From Paraspadella gotoi (lineage: Eukaryota > Animalia > Chaetognatha): a DNA stretch of 64,000 bases. The notes beneath the pieces are model-generated. The model searched no databases. It was not told the origin of the DNA and saw only the letters and a program-made list of their open reading frames with translations. The translations under genes were made by a program, and so were the position numbers. Shown here in pieces: positions 24,022-36,900 of this stretch. The stretch lies in contig CM119265.1 of NCBI GenBank assembly GCA_051294375.1, positions 29,102,540 to 29,166,539 on the forward strand, in the 5' to 3' direction. Numbering within the stretch: the first letter of the stretch is position 1; the number at the start of each line of letters is the position of its first letter.

Positions 24022-26455
24022 NNNNNNNNNNNNNNNNNNNNNNNNNATATTGACGTCCATTCCCATCTTACACGAATTCTGAGATATATGAAAACCACCA
24101 TTGCCTTCTTCTTTATAAGTCTTGCTACTTAAAGTCCATTAAAGTCTTCTTTATCAGTCATCTTTCTATGTATTGAACTAAGTTCGTAGAGGTGGCTGTC
24201 GTTGACAACTAACTGGCTAGAGCTGGTCCTGCGCTATCAAAACGAGAGGAAATCGAGTTGAGATGGCGCGGACAGAGACGATGTGCGCCGGCAAGACGCT
24301 CAAGATGATGATCTGACGACAAAGTCGAAGCCCAGCACTTCTATCTAAAGTCGATGAGATGGAGTTAGAAGTCCTGGGCAAAGAATAACAAAACATTTAA
24401 TACACACTCAGCAATATATATAAAGTTTAAAGAATCATCATTACTTGTTTCCTGAGCCAAAATTGTAGAAAAAGGTTGCCGTCTATCACAAGGAAATCCA
24501 CCAATCCAGCGATCCACAAGGTTTCTTTAAAAAAGAAGTTTCCGAGATATCTAAAAAAAGCAGATTTCTTATCTTTAAAAAAGTATGAAACGCATTGCAA
24601 GCCTGAACCAAAACTGAGAGGTCCCACATCGATAGAAATAAGGCTGAGATCTAAAGAAACGGCGGGAACCAATCAGAAACAGCCATGCGTAGCCACTCGG
24701 AAGCTGTACTTAGTATATATACTATGATACAAATTCGAAACCAAAGATGTCGCTGTGATCGCGGAAGAATAGAATTTCCTTGCGTTATAAAATAGAAATC
24801 AAAGAGCATCGGGGTGGAAAGAGAAGAGAAGTTTGGATTTCCACGGTATATATATTGATAATGATTTCGTAACACCCCCGCATCTCAGGCATGCCAACAT
24901 GGCATACTGGGATACCCTGACAATGTCTATGAAATAACATCAATATATCCGGGGCGGCAGGGGATGGAAAGTTTAGAGAAGGAAAAATTTAAAGCTGAGT
25001 ATGCAAAAAAAAAATGCGCCTTTCCCAGGACTTACTTGCTTAAACCTAAAAATAAACCTTTGCGATCCATTAAAAACAGGAACCGTCTTCCTCAAAAAAA
25101 GCCGAACAAAACGGAGAGACGAGCAACGGCGGCAGACGAAACTGACGCGGCAGCAAGCTCTCTCCACACGCGGTTGTACTTCAATCATGATGTTTGAAGA
25201 ACGAAACAGTGAGTACAAAGACAATCGAATTATGATCAAAATTGTAACGAGATGGTAAAATCAAATAGCGCCGTAATTAATCATTCTTCTCTGTCTGACT
25301 CATAAACCGGGCTTTCGAAGTTCGATCGTACGATCGGTTCATCGCGTCACCGAAGATACGCTCATACAGCCCGCTAATCGCGAAGCGCGTGTTCGGGTTA
25401 CCGAAGCGTACAAACCTGACTGGGCGAAATTAAGAAAAGGTAATCCTGGACTGAACGGACGGCGTGTTTCATACACCCGTTAAACAACCATGATTATCAA
25501 CGAAAACGCTTGTAAATACTAAGTATCGTTTTGATTGGACCTCTTATCACAGAGAAAACTTAAAAAAGCATCCAAATTTCCCCCTTCTTTTTCAACATGT
25601 TTCTTTTTATCATTATTGCCAATTCTGGTTTATAAATTTAAAAATATTTTTAAGTTAAATATTAATATTAAATTCTGGGATAAACGTAAACGTATAAAAA
25701 TGGGGCATTCTGATGACATTACATTAGGACTGAATTTTCCCTTAGTAAGGGAGAGTCTTTCTTGATATATTCTTATACCGGCCAATGTAGAATGACGGGA
25801 ATATTCTTAATTTTGAGTTTCATGTAAATCGAATCGTGAATATAAAAAATATTTAAAACAAATCTAGAAAATTCGCCCCTTTCATGGAATCTTTTCTCCA
25901 ATCAAGATTATTGCAAAATCTAACTTTCGGTTAAAAACTTTTAGAATTGCGATAAAAACTTCGCTCAAATGGAGCAGTTTACTCTACCCTGATCATATCA
26001 TATTAAAATAATTAAAAAAAAAAATACAAAAACAAAAACTGAGAGCCCTTCAGACACTTAGCCAGTGCATCACTAAAATTGACGTCAATTGTGGAACTGG
26101 AACATACCTCATTCACGTTTATATTGTTTTGAACGGAAAAAATACCTTTTATTTTTAAATCAGAGATGGAAAAATTTTCCATAGAAAAGCAGTCTATTTG
26201 TTCAGGCTGTCAAAATGTTGGTTATTTGACAAAAAAAAAAATACGAGATCTTCAGATGCAATGGTATAGAAATCGAATCTATTTTTTACTGGAATTTTTC
26301 TTAGGGGCATTTATAAAGTTTGGTAGCCAGAATCGAAAGAAAATCGCCATTGAAAAAATATACCTTAACTTCTAAGAACGACGTAGACTCCTAATTAAGA
26401 AAATCATTTCACTCGATTTACTTTCTTTTTCCTTCTTCGTTCTTTCCATCCGTTC

Positions 26456-26634
26456 ATTTCGCCAACGCCCCGCATCGGACGCGTCATCTTCGCTGTGGGC
26501 GTGGCCATTTGGAGGAGAATTGGCGCGGGAGATGGCATCAGAGGTGGCGTTAGAGATGGCATCAGAGGTGGTATCGGGACTGGCATCTGAGGTGGCGTCC
26601 AGACTGGTATCTGAGGTGGCGGTCATCATCGAGA
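26456..26634 (-). CDS. CDS: Probable N-terminal CDS exon with TSDA-type repeats ending in RWRN
   Basis: MMTATSDTSLDATSDASPDTTSDAISNATSDAISRANSPPNGHAHSEDDASDAGRWRN. RWRN matches the RWKNW motif that begins the conserved CDS domain. Possible acceptor tatcAG at 26636-26635. Similarity stops abruptly after RWRN. Confidence 0.55.
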
Positions 26635-26941
26635 CTGATATTAACGTAATATTTAGTTAAAGAAAAAATGATTTAAAAGTTTAAATTGAATTTTTGCATT
26701 TTTTTGGTAATTTTACTTTGGGTTTTTTTTATTTCATTTTTATGTTGTTGTTGTTGTTGCTTGTTTGATGTTGTAGTTTTGATGTTGTTTGTTTGATGTT
26801 TTTTATTCCAGTAGAATTTTTGGGTTTCTTTTTAAAATGAAGCGATATGAAGTTGAAAATTCGTAAGAGAAAGTTTTATTTCCTGATTCTTACGTGTAGT
26901 AAGAGAGAGAGAGAGAGAGAGAGAAGAGAGAGGAAAGAGAG

Positions 26942-26976
<35 letters not shown>

Positions 26977-27124
26977 CGAGAGAGAGAGGAGAGAGAGAGA
27001 GAGAGAGACAAGTTCAGACAAAAAATCAGTTTAATCTCTTAAACTCGGAATCTTCCGCTGACGACTCAACTCGATGTTTGCGTGTGCATTTGTTGTCGCG
27101 CTCTCTACCTCTCTCTCTCTTTCT

Positions 27125-27193
<69 letters not shown>

Positions 27194-28145
27194 GCAGTCG
27201 ACAACTTGTACAATGTACATGCAAATGTTTTGGAAACAAGGTTTTCTGATTTTTTTTTACGGTTTTATTTTAAACTTTTTAAAAGTTTTATTTTATTTTT
27301 TTATTTTTCTTTTGGTTAAGTTTTTTCGTCGAGAATGATGACGACGACGACGACGACGACGACGACTGAAAAAAAGTGTAAATCAAAAACCCGCGAATGA
27401 AACATAAAATGATTTGATCGAATTTGAGCTAAAAAATCCTTTTGGCCCAAGGGTTGACAATTTCATCTGATGTAAATCGTGGCCCCCTTTTTTTTCTCCT
27501 CTTCTTCCTCTTCTTCTTTCTCCTCCTCCTCTTCCTCATCTTCTTCCTCCTCCTCTTCTTCCTCCTTTTTTCTTCCTCCTCCTCCTCTTTCTCCTCATTT
27601 TCTTCCTCCTATTTCTCTTTCTCCTCCTCTTCCTCCTCCTCTTTCTCTTCCTCCTCCTTCTCCAGCTCCTACTCAACCTCCTCTTCCTCTTCTTCCTCTT
27701 CCTCCTCTTCTTCCTCCTCTTTCTTCTCCTTTTATTCCTCCTCCTTCTCTTCCTCCTCCTTTTCCTCCTCCTCATCCTCCTCCTTTCAGTCTTTCCTCTC
27801 CTCTTTTCTTTAATTCACCTTCGTCCATTCTCTCTCATTCTCCCCGTCACCCAGTTGTCTTTTGTTTAGAGTTTCAAAAAAAAATATCAAGTTAAAAAAA
27901 AATGAATATTGATTTTAGTGTTTTAATGTTTTATTTCGCTGTACAGCAAAAATCGAAAGCGGAAGATGATCATTAATTATTTTTAGTTATAGAAAATTGT
28001 ATTTGTAAAACAGTTTCTGTAAAACTCCCTTCACTACTCAAATAAAAACTGAATTGTCTCTACAACAGCTCAACAGCAGACCTCTCTCCCTTATCTGTCT
28101 TCTCTCTCCTCTCTCTCTCTCTCTCCTCTCTCTGCTCTACCCCCT

Positions 28146-28192
<47 letters not shown>

Positions 28193-28262
28193 GCAATCAC
28201 ATCTCACCACCAAATACCAATTTATCCAACGCATTTCCTCCCACTGCTAGTAATCCAATTTG

Positions 28263-28329
<67 letters not shown>

Positions 28330-28440
28330 GAGACTTCCGTCAACTGCTTCATTCACACTTTTTTCTTCAGTGAGAGATTCGATCTTCACCAAAACCACAT
28401 TCACTGATCTTAAGTTTTTTTTCCACAAATTTTGTGGTTC

Positions 28441-28521
28441 ACTTTCTGAAATTTCTACCAGTTGGTGATTCGGCCTTTTCTTTGCTAGATCACAGGTCCC
28501 GTGTTCGAGCCCTGAGAAAGT
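28441..28521 (+). mobile_element. Degenerate tRNA-like/SINE head
   Basis: A-box-like ACCAGTTGGT and B-box-like GTGTTCGAGCCC, with 7-bp terminal complementarity ACTTTCT/AGAAAGT. T-stem pairing is poor. Confidence 0.3.
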
Positions 28522-29465
28522 CGTTGAAGTAATAAGCATAAATCATATCCATCCAGAAAGAGCAGCTTTTATGTTGATTTTGTGTAAAAGTGCAAATAGA
28601 TATAATAATACAAAGACAGACAAAGACGAAGGCTAACAGATTCCTAACTAATAAGTTTTGTCATCAATAATACTGGCTGATCCCGAATGTCATGTAGACT
28701 CTATGAATTTATGTAACCTATAAAGTTTATGATATTGGTACAACCAATATAAAAAAAACTATTCATTCATTTAATAAACAAGCTTTGGATTGGCTTTACA
28801 GGTTATACTATTCCTGTCACCAGTTAAGCACTGAACGAAAAAAGATGAAGAGGAGGAGGAAAAGGAGGAGGAGGAGGAGGAAGAAAGTAAGTAAAGAACC
28901 AAGAATCTCCGACTGTTCAGACATCATTGCATTTACAAATATGCCACTCGCAATTCCGCAGTCAATGCAGGTGACAGTTCAAAAGTAGCACGTTATAGTT
29001 CAAAAGCAGCCGCTGCAAAGTTGCTGCAGCTCATTGTAGCCGCAACTGTAGCATATTGAAGCTGCAGCATATGGCAGCTTCGACTCATTGTAACTTGGAT
29101 TGTAACTTGGATCGAATAAAATGGGTAATGAGTTTAATGGGTTTATTTCATGAGAAAGTGACATTATTTATAAAGATGAAAATATTGTGACATTCTCAAT
29201 AAATAAAATCTTTAAAAATTTTTTCTTTATTTTCCTCATGGCAACAAAAGACCAAATTGAAAGCAGAAATCTTACCGGAATGAATTCTCTGAAAAACTAC
29301 ATAAACGAAATTTTCTTATTTTTTTCATTTTTTTAATTTATTTATTTATTTCTTAATTTATTTATTTATTTATTTATTATTTATTATTTATTCATTTTTC
29401 ATTCATTCATTCATTTCATTCATTCATTCATTCATTCATTCATCATTCATTTCTCTCATTTTTTT

Positions 29466-29500
<35 letters not shown>

Positions 29501-29689
29501 TTTTTTATTATAGGTTAACTAATTAATTACTCATTCATTTTTTTTGGTTTATCTATTTTATTTATTTACACAATTTAATAATTATTTGTATCTCCTTCTC
29601 GCCCATCTTCTTTTCCAAAACTAATCCTGACCAACGAATTTTTTTCTTTCGAGACAAAAACGCGCAACTCGAAGTAGGTCACCTTTTCA

Positions 29690-30490
29690 CGACGACGACC
29701 GACGACGAACGACGAAGACGACGACGACGACGACGACGACGACGACAAAGACGACGACGACGAAGACACGACGACGACGACAAAGACGACAACGACGACG
29801 ACGAAGACGACGACGAAGACGCAAGACAAGAAGACGACAAACGAAGACGAACGACAACGACGGAAGACGACGACGACAAGACGACGACCGACGATGAAGA
29901 CGACGACCAAGACGACAACGACGATGACGACGACGACGACGACGAAAGACGACGACGAAGACCACAACGAAGATGACGGACGAAGACGACGACGAAAGAC
30001 TACAACGAAGACTACGACGACGATGAAGCTACGACGACGATGAAGCAGACGACGACGAAGACGACGACAAAGAGACGGACGAAGACGACGACAGACGACA
30101 TATGAAGACGACGACGAAAGACCACAACAAAGACGACGACGAAAGACGACGACGAAGACTATGACGAAGACGAAGACGACGATGAAGACGACGAACGAAG
30201 ACGACGACGAAGAGACGACGACGAAGACGACGACGAAGACGACGACGAAGACGACGACGGACGACGACGAAGACGACGACGAGAAGACCACAACGAAGAC
30301 GATGAACGAAGACTGACGGGACGAAAGACTACGGGACAAAGACGAAGACGACGATGAAGACGATGACAACGACGAAGACGACGACGACGAAGACGACGAC
30401 AAAGACGAAGTCGACGACGAAGACGACGACGAAGACGACGACGAAGACGACGACGAAGACGACGACGAAGACGACGACGAAGACGACGAG
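29690..30490. repeat. (GAC/GAA)n array with 12-bp GACGACGACGAA periodicity; second copy 36370-37355
   Basis: Read directly. Confidence 0.9.
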
Positions 30491-31063
30491 TTTTTGACCA
30501 AATTTTCTTTGCAACTCATCATCAGCCTTCATTCGCTTTAAGCGACTTTTTCTGTCTCAGAATTCACCAAATCTGTTGACGTCTTTTTCGATAAAATTAT
30601 TAATTAAGTAAATGTAATCATTTATAAATAAGTCGATCAATCAATCAATCAATCAATTAATCAATCAGTCAATGAAAACTCATCGTTCAAAGCAACGATC
30701 ATTTGATTGATCATTTAGCTCTCTTTTCCGAAAAATCCCCATTTCAACCTAAATTTGTTCTTAGGTTAAATAATTAGGTTAGTGGGTAGGAATAGAGAAT
30801 AGGTTAGGTATAAGGGTTAAAGATTGAGATAGGAGTGAAGTTTGTGAGGAAGAATTCTGTAAATTACAAAAATGTCAATAATATTTATCGGCCTAAAATT
30901 CCATTCCCTTTCACATTCCTACTTTGGTAAACAAAGTAGTTCATATAAAAGTCATTGTTATTTTATTCTCGCACGCATTTTCCCTTCGATGTTATACTGA
31001 AATAAACTCTCGTTCATTTTCTTTGGTTTCAAATTCTTTTCACTAAAAATTCCGTCCTCCACT

Positions 31064-31110
31064 TGGTGGCAGCGGTGCGATTCGAACCCACGCCTCCTGA
31101 GAGACTGGTA
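31064..31110 (-). pseudogene. 3' half of tRNA-Leu (long variable arm) including CCA
   Basis: Minus strand TACCAGTCTCTCAGGAGGCGTGGGTTCGAATCGCACCGCTGCCA-CCA. Matches eukaryotic tRNA-Leu(NAG) from the 3' anticodon stem through the variable arm, T-arm and acceptor stem. No D-arm or 5' half. Confidence 0.85.
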
Positions 31111-31561
31111 AAGTTTTAGTTACGGATTAGGATTAGAAAATAAGGTTAAGGATTAGGAATTAAAGTTGGAATAAAATATGAAAAGAGAAAAAGATTAAAA
31201 TATTAAAAAAATTTGGGATTAAGTTAAAGTTGGGGATAAGAATAAAGTTTTTTTTAAAGAGATTAGATCAAAATATTGTAATTAGAATTAAGGAGTTATG
31301 ATCTTAATATTTTCCTTTCCTTTCGTTATGTTTAGGAATTTTAGGAATAACAGTTTTTGTGTTTTAATAACGGATTGTCAATAAAATTCGTCATTAAAAC
31401 ACAAAAACTGTTATTCCTAAAGGAGTTATAATCTGAAAAGGGAGGCTCTCGAAAAATATCGCGGATTATTTTATCAATTTTAATGAGTTACGACGATGAA
31501 AACAGCAGCCAAGAAGGCAGCTCGTTTTATTGGTCGACAATGTCGATTGCAGGTGGCGTTG

Positions 31562-31750
31562 TTTCACTTTCACTCCCACTTTTCTCTCCCAAATTTTACT
31601 CTCACTTTTCACTCCCACTTTTCACTCCCACTTTTCACTCCCAATTTTTACTCCCACTTTTCACTCCCACCCACTTTTCACTCCCACTTTTCACTCCCAC
31701 TTTTCACTCCTACTTTTCACTCCCACATTCACTCCCACTTTTCACTCTCA
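31562..31750. repeat. 13-bp minisatellite (TTTTCACTCCCAC)n; second copy 38462-38650
   Basis: About 14 degenerate units read directly. Confidence 0.9.
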
Positions 31751-32326
31751 CCAAAATTTGGTTCATGGATTCTGTTTTCGTTTCTATTCCCATTTGTCTT
31801 CATTCGTTGCCCGTCGCCCTTTTGGTTTTTGCGTTGCTCTCGTCTGGTTTTGCCCAATCCGTAACATCAGCGACTATGGCAACGACAGAATCGAGCCATC
31901 GCACCTTTTTTATCATAAAGATCTTTTCATTAGCTTTTTTGTCATAAAGATGTGGAAACTACTTAATGAATAAATTATAGTAGCAAACTGTAGCATACTG
32001 TATTTTAAGAATGGGTCTTGGGTCATAGCAATATGTTCACTAATGCGTAGTAAAAATTCGAAATTTAACTTTAATTAACATTCTAAAAAGTGACAGGATA
32101 CGGAACAACATTATACTAATGAACATTTATGTATGAAAAAAAATTATAATAAATTTTACAATTTACGCAGTAGGCCATATTTATAGTATTATTTATACTA
32201 GTACTAATCCAATAAATGTTAAAATTTCAAAACAGTTTTTTCTAAGATTTTTTTGCAGATTTGGATTCGTCATAAAAAGTTGATAACATGAAATATAACT
32301 CTTTTTGAAAAATTCCTTTATAAGTT

Positions 32327-32374
<48 letters not shown>

Positions 32375-32429
32375 AGAGAGAGAGAAGAGAGAGAGATTTC
32401 ACGATCGTTTCGCTAGATTTGATGACGGG

Positions 32430-32510
<81 letters not shown>

Positions 32511-32864
32511 GTTAAACGGTGCGGATGTGTTTGATTGCTTTTTCGGGAATAATTACATTTTATGGATTCTCTGCCAGAATTTTTCCTCATTTTTTTTCTT
32601 TTTCTTTTTATGTTTGTTTTCTTTTTCTTTTTTTTTTGTTTTTTTCGAGTTTTAAACACTAAAAATATAAACTTTAAGACAAATATATATTTAGGTAACA
32701 AGCATTGAACGTGGCCAAGCTATTTGATCAAAACAGTTAGAACTTTCCATTACTCGCTTTCAAATTACTTCTATCTATTTTTATATATATCTCACTCTTT
32801 TTTTTGTTCTTATTTGGTTTGTTAGTGTAAATTATGCCAGGTCTTTCTATTGATTTTATTAATA

Positions 32865-32955
32865 ATCATCATCATTTCCATTACGATCATCATCATCATC
32901 ATTATCATCATCATCATCATTTCCATTACTATCATCATCATCATCATCATCATCA

Positions 32956-32992
<37 letters not shown>
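32865..32992. repeat. (CAT)n microsatellite; second copy 39770-39902
   Basis: Read directly. Confidence 0.9.
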
Positions 32993-33261
32993 ATCACGGA
33001 TTCCATTCCATTTTCCTTCATTCAGTCAGCGTCTTCTTCTTTTCCAACATCAACTCTGATTTATCGCTGTTTTCTTGGTTTTGGTCACTGGTAATCTCTC
33101 CCTCTCCTCTCTCTCTCTCTCTCTCCCTCTCCTCACTCCCCTATCTCTCTCTCCCTTTCTCTCTCTCTTTACCTCTCTTTATCTCTCTACTCTCTTTCTC
33201 TCTCTTCTCTCTCTCTCCCTACTCTCTCTCTCCTCTCTCTCTCTATCTCTCTCTCTCACTT

Positions 33262-33308
<47 letters not shown>

Positions 33309-33989
33309 CTCTCTCTCTCTCCTCTCTCCTCTCTCTCTCTCTACCTCTCTCTCCCTCTCTCCTTCTCTCTCTTCTCTCTCCTCTCTCTCTCTTTCTCTCT
33401 ACTCTCTCTCTCTCTTTCTCTCCCTTCTCCTCTCCTCTCTCTCTCTTTCTCTTCCTCTCTTTCTCACTGTTTCTCTCTCCTTCTTTATATCTTTCTTTCT
33501 CTCTATCTCATTCTCTCTGGCATAATCTATATTTTCTCATCCCCTCATCTTCTTTCTGTGGTTCTCTCTTTATCTGTTTCTCTTTATATTCTGTATATTT
33601 ATTCTCTCTCATTCTTTCTATTTTATTTTCGGATGAACAGAGTTATTGACAAGTGTAATCCCCGATTGGCTTTGAAGAAGGGAGAAATAATTGAAGAAGA
33701 AACAAGAGATAGGACATAAAAAATTGTATTTCTGATTGGCTGAGGCAATTCCCGCTAGAGACTCAAAGAAAAGAATAAAAAAAAACAAAATTATTTGAAA
33801 TATTATACCAAGAACTCTTAATTGAAAGCGTTTTGGGACCTGCTATGTCATTGTCTTGTAAGAGTCGTTAAGCCACCATGGTCTGTCTAAAGTCAGGGGC
33901 AAGATAGCTTATTTATTAAAGGTAGCCACCAGTGTTACTGTAAACCCTGAGTAAGTAAAACGTCGTTCAAGTATAATAAGACTCAATAA

Positions 33990-36900
33990 AGATCATATCC
34001 ATCCGAGGAGGAAAAGAAGCAGCTTTATGTTGATTTTTGTTTAAAAGTTGCAAATAGATCATCAATTTTATTAATTACTAAAAGACAGGAACAAAAGAAC
34101 GAAGCTAACAGTAGGATTCCCCTAACTAATTATAAAGGTAGTGTTTTTTTTTGCTGTTCATCAATAATTACTGGTTTCTTGATCTCCAAAACCATCCGAA
34201 TCTGTCTTTCCCATGTCCATCATTCTTCTTCCTCACGTATTTCTGGGATTCTCACGTTGATCGACTTTAAGAGCACCGAGGACGATAATTTTCAGTTATT
34301 TTTTAAATTTTCTACAAAATTTAATAACCGTGTTAATTTTTTTTTTTAAAAAAAAAAATATCTTAAAAAAATTAAAAAAAATAAAACCATACGCTCAAAA
34401 GAAACGTCGCCAACGGAAAGGAAACAACGATTATAAATTATATAAATGAACATTTATTCGTAATAAATTTAAAAAAAATTTTACTAATAAAAATAAATAA
34501 AACATTTTGAATTATTATAAAACCAATTACGCAGTATAGCGGCCATATTCATACTAGTACAAAAATAACTAAACTCATATTAAAATCTACTGTATTATTC
34601 GTACTTCCGTTTTTTTAAAATTTCAAAACAGTTCTTCCTAGATGGAATTTTTTTTTTTACTTTGCAAGCAAAAGGATCTTCTGCTATAAAATAGCTAAAT
34701 TCAGCGCAGTGCTTATTGTTGAATTTTTTAAGAAAGAGAAATGATTATAACTCTTTTCTCGATTGAAAAAAATAAATTCCATTCATTTAAGTATTGTATG
34801 TGGCTCAAAAAAATTGAAAAAAAGCTTATTTAATGCTGAAAATTAACTTTTATATTATTTCTAATATATTTCTTAACCTTCTTACCACCCACTTAATAGA
34901 AAGAATTTTTAAAATGCTATTCTTATATTTCTTTTATCAACTTTGCGAGGGGAGTAATCAAGGAATTCAAACTGCAATCAAAATTAAAGATAGCTTATTT
35001 TGAAATTTACTTTCGATTTTAAGTAAGCGAATCGCAGTACTATATATATACATATAGCCTCTGCCGAAATAATACAAAACAACATAAAATTATAATGTTC
35101 TTTTACAATATTAACTGTTCACTGATGTTTATTGGTTTGCTTTTCATAATTACCTTTTTAGAATTCTCGTATGTAACTTTTCACTAACGCCTTAAATGTC
35201 GACCTTATTGAATTTATGTAACAACTATAAAGTTTATTGATATTGGGTACATAACAATATAAAACAAAAATCCTATTCATTCATTTAATAAACAAGCTTT
35301 GATTGGCTTACCAGGTCTATACTATTCCTGTCACCAGATTAGAGCATGAACGAAAAAAAGAGAAGAAGAGGAGGAAAAGAGAGAAGCGAGGAAGAGGTAG
35401 GGAGAGGTAAGCGAGAACGGAACAGAGAAGCGCAGGACGTGGTTCAAGGACATCATGAGTTTAAACTAGTGGAACGGGATCGCTCCGACCGCAGACAATT
35501 CATGCGTTACGAGAGGTTGCGCATATCGAATGGTACGGCGGAGTGTCAAGCAGGTTGAATTCAAAGTATATTAGCCCGTATATTAGTTCAATAAAGCAGC
35601 CGCTGGCAAAGTTGCCTGCAGACTCATTGTATAGCACCACGCAACGTGTAGCCTTAGCATTATTTGAAAGCTGCAGCAGATCGTTGGCAGCTTCGACTCA
35701 TTGTAACTTGGATTTTAACTTGGATCGAATATAAAGTGGCATCAGGGTGGGGTCGTAGGGTAATGCCCGTTTAACTGCTGCTTTTTTATTCTCATGAGGC
35801 TGAGAACGTGACATTAACTTTACCGGAAGGCTTCTGTCTTATAAAGATGAAAATTATTGTGATCTTAATTCCTCAATAAATAAATCATTTAAATTTTTTT
35901 TATTATTTGCCTCATTGGCCAACAAAAGACAAATGAAAGCAGAAAATCTTACGGATATGAATCTCTCTAAAAAACTACATTAAACGAACTAAGTCTCATA
36001 TATCCAGTATTATTACTCTACTTCTATAATTTATTTTTTTTTATTACTTTATTTACTTTATTTATTTCATCTTATTCATTTTCATTCATTATTCATTTCA
36101 ATTCATTCATCTTCATATATCATTCATTTCTCCCTTTTTTTTCAATTTATTTATTATTTATTCTATTTATTTATTTTATAGGTTAATCTAAATATAATTA
36201 CTCATTCATTTTTTTTGCGTTTATCTATTTTTTTATTTACACAATTTAGATAATTCATTTCGTATCCCATTCTCGACCCATCTTCCAAACACCATAATCC
36301 TGACCAACGATTTTTTTCTTTCGAGACAAACACCCCCGCCGCAACTCGAGTAGACGTCACCTTTTTTCACGACGACGACCGAGACGACGACGAAGACGAC
36401 GACGACGACGACGACGACGACGGACAAAGACGACGACGACGAAGACACGACGACGACGGACAAAAGACGACAACGACGACGACGAAGACGACGACAAGAC
36501 GCAATGACAATGAGACGACAAACGCGAAGACGAACGACAATACGACGGAGACGACGACGACAAGACCGGACTCGACCGACGATGTGAGACGAGACGACGA
36601 CCAATGACGACAACGACGATGACGACGACGACGACGACGAGAAGACGACGACGAAGAGGACCACAGACGAAGATGGAACGCGACGTGAAGACGACGACGA
36701 AAGACTTACAACGAAGTATACGACGACGATGAAGCACGACGCACGATGAAGACTGACGACGACGAAGACGACGACGAAGACGATGACGACGACAAGACGA
36801 CGACAAGAGACGACCAATGAAGACGACGACGAAAGGACGACATACGACGACATGAAGACGACGACGAAGAGACGACGACAGCGAAGAGCACTGATAGACG

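Larger units (their letters stand above)
28540..33920 (+). repeat. Copy 1 of a ~5.4-kb direct tandem duplication
   Basis: Begins catatccatcc...gcagctttt and ends aagtcagggg...cttatttattaaa. The same order of unique segments and microsatellites recurs at 33990-40830. Confidence 0.9.

Noticed and set aside
25368-25400. CGCGAAGCGCG hairpin as a Helitron 3' end
   Set aside because: No CTRR terminus follows and there is no second copy in the window.
27031-27100. IELSRQRK as the CDS start exon (cf. MTELRQR)
   Set aside because: No in-frame ATG close by, and no clear donor before the stop.
31064-31081. TGGTGGCAGCGGTG as a tRNA-Leu PBS of an LTR element
   Set aside because: Complementarity extends ~47 nt, far beyond a PBS, and no LTR or gag is adjacent.
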